61,697 nt of DNA from a virus (Duplodnaviria > Caudoviricetes), in IMG/VR virus record IMGVR_UViG_3300047550_003451, positions 1 through 61,697 of that record; one strand, written 5' to 3'. Position 1 is the stretch's first letter, and each line of letters opens with the position of its first letter. Positions 9,841 through 18,817 of the stretch are shown piece after piece. The position numbers and the translations under genes were made by a program. The notes under the pieces were generated by a model that was not told the DNA's origin, searched no databases, and saw nothing but the letters and a program-made list of their open reading frames with translations.

Positions 9841-10005
9841 AGTTTTCAGTCAACAATCTGATTGTTGACTGCATGCTTTTGTGCCTAGTGTTGGTCAAAC
9901 ATCAGTCATTTTCTTAACTGATGGCCAATAAATTTCATTGATTCTCAGTCCATGCCCTGAGAGAAAGGGCATGGACTTAGGATTTTGTCAAGGAGGAATT
10001 GGTCT

Positions 10006-10425
10006 ATGACCATGCACCTAATGGGACCTGCCTATAACAATATTGGCAGGCATCGCAAAAAACCCACCGCCAAACAAATTCGAGCACAACAGGAACATGA
10101 TAGGTTTCTCACCAAAATGGGAGTGCATCCGGATCAATTGAGTGCTCGACGAGCACCTGTTCGCAAATTACAACACACTGTGCATACAGTTTCACAGGGG
10201 CCTGAGTGCACCAATGGTTTTGGTGTGGCTGGATTCAAAAAAAGTGTTTTTGACAGCCAATGGCAAAACACCTACCAGAATGATCCAGAAATGGCAGCCC
10301 GAGAACAAGCCGCATTGCAAGCAGCACACGTCAAAGCCCTGAGAGTGGCACCTGCCTACAGCAAAGGTGCTTATCAATATATCACACCTGATTCGGACCT
10401 GAGTGACATTGGCAAGAAAAAATAG
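10006..10425 (+). CDS. Hypothetical phage protein
   Basis: AGGAGG RBS; C-terminal VAPAYSKGAYQYIT motif. Confidence 0.7.
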   Translation: MTMHLMGPAYNNIGRHRKKPTAKQIRAQQEHDRFLTKMGVHPDQLSARRAPVRKLQHTVHTVSQGPECTNGFGVAGFKKSVFDSQWQNTYQNDPEMAAREQAALQAAHVKALRVAPAYSKGAYQYITPDSDLSDIGKKK

Positions 10426-10430
10426 TGGTG

Positions 10431-11642
10431 TTAGGGAATGCTTGTAATATTATTGGCACTTATGGTGTTAGTTCCCATCGGAGTCACCAACAATGAGCAA
10501 GTGTTGCCAATGATTGTATTATAATCTGCACCCGTTTCTACAATACTGTCAGTTATTGCCGCTCCACTGCTACGGCAACTGTTGCCCACAATTGTACATC
10601 CTGTGGAATTATTAAGTGTAATATCTTCCGCTTGATTGCCTGACAGGCTGTTGCTACTGATAGTATGTTGAGACCCCTCCACAAGAATGCCTAAAAAGCT
10701 GTCATATATCGTATTGCCCACAAGATTGACTCTTGTACTCTGGCTGTCAACAACAATAGCAGTATCTAAGTTGGCTACAAGAGTGCCACTGCTGAATACA
10801 CTGGAATGTACATTTATATTGGTGCTATTCACTACCGTTAATGGATGGAGCCCACTTTGGGTTTGAATAAACGAACAATTGGTCAAGCTTACATTAGTGG
10901 TGTCAGAGATCAACAATCCCCCGCCTTGGTTATAGGTGGCACAATTGACCAACTTATGGTTGTCTCCTTGTGATAATGGTAGTGTAAGATTGTCAATCCA
11001 AAATCCATGTAAACTCCCCGCGCCGCCATTTAGAGCAGTGCAATTGTTCCAAGAAGTTTGTCCGCAAACAAATACAATGTAACCAAATTCACAGTCTTCT
11101 GCCAACAAGTTGTTCAAGCGTATATTTTGACAATATGTAGCAAAAATTGCTGCACTTAGGGCACCAAAGTAACAATCTGATATTTGTATGTTGTAGATCT
11201 GACTAGATTGATTTACCCCATTTAAAGATATAGCTGTTCCTGTATATGGGTGGGCCAAACCATCAAAAAAACTAAAACCACTAATGTTGATATTATAACT
11301 GGGTTGATTGATTGGGGTAGTATAGTCAAAGATAGGTTTAGTTGCATCCCGGCTAATTAATAGTGTATTACTAAAACCAGCACCTTGTATGTATAGACCA
11401 GGTATGAGACTAATAGTATCCAATAGATACTGTCCTGGGGGGAAATATACAGAACTAATATTTAAAATAAGAGCAGCATTAATAGCGGACTGCACACTAG
11501 TAGTATCGTCCACATTACCGTCGCCCACAGCGCCAAAGTCTTTGACATTCAAACTGTCTTCAAATCGTGTGCCAATAGTGCGTACTACACTGCCATCGGC
11601 ATTGATTTGCACAGGCAAAAGACTGGGGGTATAATAGGTCAT
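10431..11642 (-). CDS. Right-handed beta-helix (pectate-lyase-like) tailspike/depolymerase
   Basis: NVKDFGAVGDG.DDT..VQ.AI, VYFPPGQY, Asn-ladder repeats. Confidence 0.75.
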   Translation of the reverse strand: MTYYTPSLLPVQINADGSVVRTIGTRFEDSLNVKDFGAVGDGNVDDTTSVQSAINAALILNISSVYFPPGQYLLDTISLIPGLYIQGAGFSNTLLISRDATKPIFDYTTPINQPSYNINISGFSFFDGLAHPYTGTAISLNGVNQSSQIYNIQISDCYFGALSAAIFATYCQNIRLNNLLAEDCEFGYIVFVCGQTSWNNCTALNGGAGSLHGFWIDNLTLPLSQGDNHKLVNCATYNQGGGLLISDTTNVSLTNCSFIQTQSGLHPLTVVNSTNINVHSSVFSSGTLVANLDTAIVVDSQSTRVNLVGNTIYDSFLGILVEGSQHTISSNSLSGNQAEDITLNNSTGCTIVGNSCRSSGAAITDSIVETGADYNTIIGNTCSLLVTPMGTNTISANNITSIP

Positions 11643-11702
11643 CTGGTTGATCCTTGTTCACATATATTATATTTAGGATGTGCCTGACAGGTGATTTTTT
11701 TG

Positions 11703-12953
<1,251 letters not shown>

Positions 12954-12955
12954 TC

Positions 12956-13597
12956 ATGAATTTAAAATTGTTGTCATGTAATTTTGACCCACAGGCATAT
13001 TGGACAAATCCATTACCTGAAAACTATCCCATTGATCCTCAACAAATGGACTTGTTTGATCAAAATGGATATGACTTGAGTAGACTGGAAATAGCTTATA
13101 GTCAAGTGAATCATGGCCTTGCAACCGTGCATAGAAACGCCCAACATGTGGCACTCAAACAGCCATGGTTCACACAAATACCCCAAGTGCATGATGGAGC
13201 AATATTAAATCATGCTTTGATTTTTGAAAGAAAAGGATATCAGGGGCCAGCACTGCAACAATTGGAATCATGGGCCAAAACCCATCCTATAATTCACAAA
13301 CTAGTCAAATATAGACCCAAATGGGGGATAGATTTCAGCATGGATTGGGCAGACAGGCAAGGAAATGTTTTTGAACTACTGCATTATGAGTTTGACAGTT
13401 TTGATTTTGCAGAAATCCAACAGGTGAAGACAACCTTGGAATCTCTCTTGTTGGGCATAGACTGGCAACAAAAAGGTCAACAAATGCTTGCCTGTAAACA
13501 TGAATGGCATGGTCTGGATTTTTTTGCACAAAGTGATTACAAATGTGGATTTTTTGGATTACCCAGTGAGAGATTCAAAATGGTTGCCTGGCAATAG
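12956..13597 (+). CDS. Hypothetical phage protein
   Basis: Long ORF with FDQNGYDL and RPKWGIDFSMD motifs; function not recognised. Confidence 0.7.
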   Translation: MNLKLLSCNFDPQAYWTNPLPENYPIDPQQMDLFDQNGYDLSRLEIAYSQVNHGLATVHRNAQHVALKQPWFTQIPQVHDGAILNHALIFERKGYQGPALQQLESWAKTHPIIHKLVKYRPKWGIDFSMDWADRQGNVFELLHYEFDSFDFAEIQQVKTTLESLLLGIDWQQKGQQMLACKHEWHGLDFFAQSDYKCGFFGLPSERFKMVAWQ

Positions 13598-13688
13598 AGG
13601 CGCAAGCATTCAAGCTAGTGCAAAATAGTGTTGACAAAAATTCCACAGCAACCAGAGGTGCACCACCTCTGGTTGGTCAAGCAGATCC

Positions 13689-13720
13689 CTCAGGCCCACC
13701 CAACTGGGGCTGAGTTTTTT
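13689..13720 (+). terminator. Intrinsic terminator between convergent genes
   Basis: CTCAG-GCCC...GGGG-CTGAG followed by T7. Confidence 0.6.
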
Positions 13721-14166
13721 CAGCTGCGATTCTTTTTTCCCGTGGCTCTAAGCATCCAACCATGCTTACCATGTATCTCCAATCTTGCGCCCAAGTAATT
13801 GACCACACCTTCCTGATTGGCAATCTTGGCCTGCTCCAGTGATGCGTTCAAACTTTGGATCACTTGTGTGTTGGCATCCAGCAATTTTTCAATCATGCCA
13901 CTGGCAGTGGGAATCTTATTATCATCTTCCCAAGTGGCCAGTTCCATCAAGCGGCCAAAATTGAAGGGCACATATTCATCTTGCGCGCGGATGTGTTCTC
14001 CAGTGGTGTCCAAGCTGCTCCACAAATCATTGTAGATTTGTCCAAACATGTCGTGCAATTGAAAGAAGTCACTGCCTTCCACATTAAAATGATATTTGTG
14101 CGCCATCATATACATAACAAATGTATCTGCCAAAACTACTTTGAGGCTTGTACCTAATTCACTCAT
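13720..14166 (-). CDS. dps: Dps-family ferritin-like DNA-protection protein
   Basis: HKYHFNVEG.DFFQLHDMF..IY...DTTGEHIRA; KHGWMLRA. Confidence 0.88.
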   Translation of the reverse strand: MSELGTSLKVVLADTFVMYMMAHKYHFNVEGSDFFQLHDMFGQIYNDLWSSLDTTGEHIRAQDEYVPFNFGRLMELATWEDDNKIPTASGMIEKLLDANTQVIQSLNASLEQAKIANQEGVVNYLGARLEIHGKHGWMLRATGKKNRS

Positions 14167-14204
14167 GATTGATCCTTGTGTTTGATTATCGTCTACCATA
14201 TTTA

Positions 14205-14765
14205 TTATTTTTCCTGGTTCAAATCTACCAACAGCCAGTTTACTTGCGCTTGCATCAACAGTTGTTGACTCAGTTGTATTTGAGGCTGCCATTTTTGGAA
14301 AAATGGCAGGCTGGGATCCATACATGCTTGATCCACCAACACATGGCTGATTCCGCTCTGGATGATAGCCCTGGAACAATCGCAACACGGCCAATGAGTC
14401 ACAGCAAGTGTACAACCATCACAGCTGATACCATTACGTGCGCAGCTGTAGATCACATTTCTTTCTGCATGTTCAAATGTCCAGGATTTGTAGGGTTGTT
14501 CTATATCCAAATATTTCTGATCATCCAATCCTCGTGGAATACCATTGTATCCAAACCCTCGAGGATTGCGGTTGTGATCAAAAATCACTGCACCCACTTT
14601 TGTTTGGTCCTTGCTCCATGTGGCCACTTGATGTGCCAACAATAACCATCTTTTGTTCCACTGGTGATCAAAAATCACTGTACCCACTTTTGTTTGGTCC
14701 TTGCTCCATGTGGCCACGGGATGTGCCAACAATAACCATCTTTTGTTCCACTTGTGAAGTACCAC
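14205..14765 (-). CDS. dCMP deaminase, with 30-aa N-terminal duplication and a MITE inserted after codon 3
   Basis: WSKD..KVGAVI, GYNG, HAERN, PCCDC. Native start TTG AGT TAC with GGAGG RBS lies at 15058-15079, beyond the MITE. Confidence 0.88.
   Translation of the reverse strand: MVLHKWNKRWLLLAHPVATWSKDQTKVGTVIFDHQWNKRWLLLAHQVATWSKDQTKVGAVIFDHNRNPRGFGYNGIPRGLDDQKYLDIEQPYKSWTFEHAERNVIYSCARNGISCDGCTLAVTHWPCCDCSRAIIQSGISHVLVDQACMDPSLPFFQKWQPQIQLSQQLLMQAQVNWLLVDLNQEK
14574..14753. repeat. Tandem 90-bp duplication
   Basis: 14574-14663 and 14664-14753 are near identical; in frame. Confidence 0.92.
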
Positions 14766-15057
14766 GCCCTCTAGGGATGTGGCTTCCTGCTAGATTCCAG
14801 TTCACCTTTAGCCAATGGGCTTATTCATTGGTGTGTTCCGGTCCACAGGCGGTATTTTTTTACGGACTTGTGGCACTTCCTGCCCTAGTCCCTGCGGTAT
14901 TGCTACCGGGATATCCCAAGCCCCTTAGGGCTCTTGCTACATCACTAATATTGTTTATACATAGCGGTTAACACAAATGCAACCAGATTCAAAAAATATT
15001 TGCGTCACAAACCGCCATCCATCCCGGCTAAAGCGCCCTGGCTTTCCGCGGCGGGAG
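14754..15057 (-). mobile_element. Non-autonomous IS605-type MITE with omegaRNA-like scaffold, copy 1 (304 bp)
   Basis: TTAC target at 15061-15058; left end CTCCCGCCGCGGAAAGCCAGG...; right end ...GTGGTACTTCAC; near identical to 25913-26220 and 51441-51742. Confidence 0.88.
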
Positions 15058-15138
15058 GTAACTCAACGATTTATCCTCCGTTGATTGAATATGCACAAGA
15101 ATAATCTAAATAGATACATATGTCAAAAGGACCAATGC

Positions 15139-15642
15139 ATGCTCAAGATAGTTTTTTTGGATTTTGATGGCGTTTTATTGCCTGACAGCCAAGCATTTGA
15201 TCAAAGTCAACAGGGATTGACTGTGCACAACTATTTGGAAACTGTGATTTTTGATCCCAAATGTGTGAGTCAAGTCAACCATATACTTGCACAAACCCAA
15301 GCACAAATTGTATTGAGCACCAGTTGGGCTAGGGGACACACCTTTAGTCAACTTTGTGCGTGTCTAACACGCAATCACATTGATTGCAGTCACATCTATG
15401 AATATGAAGATCCCAGTCTGGGGGATTGGCGTACTCCCCGAACCATGAGCTCTGACAGAGCTAGAGAAATCCTATTATGGTTGGAAGACCATCCATTTGT
15501 CAAGCAATGGTGTGCATTGGACGATCAACTCAACATTGCTAGATTGGGCAAAAGGGCCATTGTGATCGATCCACAAATGGGCATAGGAAGCAGCAATGCT
15601 GCACATGCAATAAATTTATTATTTAAATCGGAAGACCAATAG
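15139..15642 (+). CDS. HAD-superfamily protein (Swiss-army-knife RNA-repair HAD type)
   Basis: IVFLDFDGVL, IVLSTSW, RAREILLWL, WCALDD. Confidence 0.75.
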   Translation: MLKIVFLDFDGVLLPDSQAFDQSQQGLTVHNYLETVIFDPKCVSQVNHILAQTQAQIVLSTSWARGHTFSQLCACLTRNHIDCSHIYEYEDPSLGDWRTPRTMSSDRAREILLWLEDHPFVKQWCALDDQLNIARLGKRAIVIDPQMGIGSSNAAHAINLLFKSEDQ

Positions 15643-15650
15643 CGAGTGGT

Positions 15651-16048
15651 ATGAACTACTGTTGGTGTAAACACCAACAGCTGGCTGTTTGATCGTAGTC
15701 ACTGACAGCAGACCCCAATTGTCGAGAATATCTGTGATCACATCCACAGGTGCTTGGGGCAGTTCCTGCCCTGCATGATCTAGTGTCCACGGTTGATGTC
15801 CCCAGTTGCGGATATTGATGGCTGCATTAGTATGCCTGTGCTGAGTGATTCCACAAAGATCACAATGGTATTCTCGTTGCTTGAGATCCATGTGACTTTT
15901 GCATGTGCCACATGCACTGCAGGTTTTGCTGCTGGGTAGCCACTGATTGATCCGAATGAGATGATGCCCTTGCCTTTGGCACTTGTAGGCCAACGCACCA
16001 TCCAGCATTGCCCAACCTGCATCTGCTATGGCCTTGGCTATGGGCTTG
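15651..16048 (-). pseudogene. tnpB: tnpB 3' remnant with alternative right-end hairpin
   Basis: Nearly identical to 8626-9058 (WLPSSKTCSACG...TNAAINIRNWG); ends CTGTTGGTGTTTACACCAACAGTAGTTCAT. Confidence 0.88.
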
Positions 16049-16290
16049 CTCTTGCGCGTATCTGTTGGGCTCTAGCCACAACAGGCTTGCGCAGGGAAAG
16101 ACTAATCCTAAATCTATATTGCAATCACATGCTTTTAATCTTATGCTAAGCGATCCAGAGGTGGCAACATATAAATAATTGATACACGGACAAGAAGGCT
16201 CTTCGTTCTAATGCTTGCCTTCCATGGGGTTGAAAGGCCTCTTCTGTTGACATTAGCATGATCAACGTTGGAACATGGAAGGGAAAACGA

Positions 16291-16656
16291 ATGGCGGGAT
16301 TTATACAAGAAGGGTCTCTTTGTTTTGCAGGCAAACATTTGCTATTGGATCTGCATGATTGTGAATACAATGCTCCCATGGAACAAATACAACAGGCCAT
16401 GATACAAGCATGTTTAGCCACAGGAGCTACAGTCTTGTTTGATTATGCACATCCTTTTGAAGGCAATGGTAGCAGCGGAGTAATTGTTCTAGCGGAAAGC
16501 CATGGATCATGGCATCAATGGCCAGAAAATAACTTTGTGGCAATTGATATTTTTGTATGCGGCACATGTGACCCACACCTAGCAGTGCCAGTACTTGTTT
16601 CTTTGTTCAAACCCAAACGTGTGAATGTAAAATTGGAAAAAAGAGGGCAGAGCTAA
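16291..16656 (+). CDS. speD: S-adenosylmethionine decarboxylase proenzyme
   Basis: GKHLLLDLHDC, GVIVLAESH (pyruvoyl cleavage site), WPE...AIDIFVCG. Confidence 0.9.
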   Translation: MAGFIQEGSLCFAGKHLLLDLHDCEYNAPMEQIQQAMIQACLATGATVLFDYAHPFEGNGSSGVIVLAESHGSWHQWPENNFVAIDIFVCGTCDPHLAVPVLVSLFKPKRVNVKLEKRGQS

Positions 16657-16713
16657 TCTTGACATGCCAGACCATTTGCTATATTTTCGCAGTTTATTGA
16701 AGGAGTCACAAAC

Positions 16714-16991
16714 ATGGTCTGGAAAGAAATAGCTCAGTGGTCAGTTTACGTCCCGCCGCAGAAAGCCAGGCGCCTTTAGGCCCTGGATGGATAACGGCGG
16801 GAGGCGATCCCAGTTTCACAACGCACAGTCAGAAATCATTCGTGTGAGGAAAATTAAACGCACTGGTGCAATCTAAAAAACGCAAGGGTTATCAACCAAT
16901 GTCTGGCATTCAAGAGCTACAGGAGCTAGATCGCAATTGGCGCAGCAATTTTGAATCTAGATTAACATGGTATTCACTACAAAATAGCTGA
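16714..16991 (+). pseudogene. Small gene disrupted by a solo IS left end
   Basis: AAGGAG RBS, MVWKEIAQWSVY then left end at 16750; remainder ...LVQSKKRKGYQ... with an internal stop. Confidence 0.4.
16750..16802 (+). repeat. Solo IS605-type left end
   Basis: TTAC|GTCCCGCCGCAGAAAGCCAGGCGCCTTTAGGCCCTGGATGGATAACGGC. Confidence 0.85.
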
Positions 16992-17120
16992 TTATTCCCC
17001 GATGAATATGTTTCAGCCCATTCCCTTGACCAAGGAATATAAGACATCCAGGGTTGTCAACTGCGCAACAAACTTGTGCAACCATATTAAATAATCAAAA
17101 TTTTTGATAAGAGATGTTTG

Positions 17121-17681
17121 ATGTTGATACAACGTGCTAGGGACATAATTTGTGAAGCCATGCAATGGCAACCTTTGACTGTGACGCCTTTGCCTTATGG
17201 TTTGAATGCTCTTGAACCTTGTATGAGCAGACATTGTGTGGATGTTCACTACAACAAACTGACCAAAAGATATTTCACCAAATACAATAAGAGTGGTGAT
17301 TTGTTTCAAAAAGCAGGAGCACTGTTGCACGACCAATATTATTGGCCTCTCATGCAGCCCTACAGCAAAAACAATCTGCCCAGTGAAGATCTTGAGCAAT
17401 CTATCCACAATGTGCATGTGAGTGTGGACAATTTCAAGGAAAAAATTTTGCAGTCAGCTCTGAGTGTACAAGGAAATGGATGGGTTTTGATTATGAAAGA
17501 TTTACAGATTCAAACTGTGCAAAATCATGTGTTGCCTGCACAAATTGCTTGTGCCATTGACATATGGGAGCATGCCACAGTAGATTATGATTATGATAGA
17601 GAAAAATTCTTGGATCATTACTGGAATGTGATCAACTGGAGCAAATTGGAACAAGCACTCAATGAAAAAACAGGTTATTGA
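17121..17681 (+). CDS. sod: Fe/Mn superoxide dismutase
   Basis: PLPYGLNALEP.MS...VH, LH..YY, QGNGWV, IDIWEHA. Confidence 0.85.
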   Translation: MLIQRARDIICEAMQWQPLTVTPLPYGLNALEPCMSRHCVDVHYNKLTKRYFTKYNKSGDLFQKAGALLHDQYYWPLMQPYSKNNLPSEDLEQSIHNVHVSVDNFKEKILQSALSVQGNGWVLIMKDLQIQTVQNHVLPAQIACAIDIWEHATVDYDYDREKFLDHYWNVINWSKLEQALNEKTGY

Positions 17682-18003
17682 AATCACTGAATCTGCTCAA
17701 CAGGCAATCAAATGTATTTTGAGCAACAGACCAGATCAAGCATTGCGTTTGGGTATCAACAACAAAGGATGTAGTGGACATAGTTATACATATGAAGTGA
17801 TTGATCGAAGTTCTATTGCTAGATTTGATGAACTTATAGATCTGGAACCTTCTGTTACAGTTGTGATTGCAGCTGAGTCCTTACTAAAACTTATAGGCAG
17901 CACCTTGGATTGGCAGAAAAATTTGTTTGAAGCGCAATTCCAATGGCACAATCCCCAGGTCAAGAACACATGTGGTTGTGGCATCAGTGTGGGATTTGTG
18001 TGA
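17662..18003 (+). CDS. iscA: HesB/IscA-family Fe-S cluster assembly protein
   Basis: LRLGI..KGCSGHSY, GSTLDW, NPQVKNTCGCG.S. Confidence 0.9.
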   Translation: MKKQVIEITESAQQAIKCILSNRPDQALRLGINNKGCSGHSYTYEVIDRSSIARFDELIDLEPSVTVVIAAESLLKLIGSTLDWQKNLFEAQFQWHNPQVKNTCGCGISVGFV

Positions 18004-18629
18004 TGAAAATTGAATATACAAACAGACTGTATTTTGGCCAGTATCCCTACAAAGTGGTTCTTTATTTAAAACACGAAGGCAAGTTTCTCTGGAACCGATC
18101 CAGGATGTTACGAAACTCCAGTCTAATCAAGGGAATTTTTAGCTGGTGTAAAGATACTTTGGATCCACAAAATCACAAGATCAAGTCAAGGGTATGGCAA
18201 ACTGAAGAAAATTCCAGCTCCAAAAAATCAGGCAAACCACGCACGTGGGTCAATTGGCATGTGAACATTTATGTACAGGATCAACACACAATAGATCAAA
18301 TTGTACAACAATTTGGTGCCCATGTGGATGCCATACACAAACCCTTGGATGATAATCATCTACAACGGCTGCAAGTGAAAAATCTAGTCCAAGTTAGTAA
18401 CAAACTTTTATTTGGCAAATACAAGTATGGTGTTTATTTTTCCTATGATAATGAAGGTATAGTCATTGACTGGCTGCATGAATGTTACAAAGATGATCCT
18501 AATGTGAAAATTGGTCCAAACAGTTATTGGCCTAGAGTATATGTTTGCGACATTCTGGATTTGAACGCTATTCAGTTCACATGGCATGAAAAAATTAATT
18601 ATGTGAAAACCATTCTTTTGCAACCTTGA
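18003..18629 (+). CDS. Hypothetical phage protein
   Basis: Start overlaps the iscA stop; internal repeat LYFGQYPYKV / LLFGKYKYGV. Confidence 0.65.
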   Translation: MKIEYTNRLYFGQYPYKVVLYLKHEGKFLWNRSRMLRNSSLIKGIFSWCKDTLDPQNHKIKSRVWQTEENSSSKKSGKPRTWVNWHVNIYVQDQHTIDQIVQQFGAHVDAIHKPLDDNHLQRLQVKNLVQVSNKLLFGKYKYGVYFSYDNEGIVIDWLHECYKDDPNVKIGPNSYWPRVYVCDILDLNAIQFTWHEKINYVKTILLQP

Positions 18630-18817
18630 ACAACCAGTGTTTTGAGCTTTAGACCCCACATGCCAGTTATATCTGGTCACGGCTGACAGCAATTCACCTC
18701 TTGTAGGCTAGAGAATATCTCTATCTCAGTTTGTTGACGCATGTGTTTTCTCAAACGTCAACAAACTTGGTCTGGAACGTTAAATATCCACAAACAGTAT
18801 TGTTTGTGGATATTTAT

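Noticed and set aside
14754-15057. IStron (group I intron-IS hybrid)
   Set aside because: No recognisable P7 core, the element ends in C rather than a terminal G, and two of three copies are intergenic.
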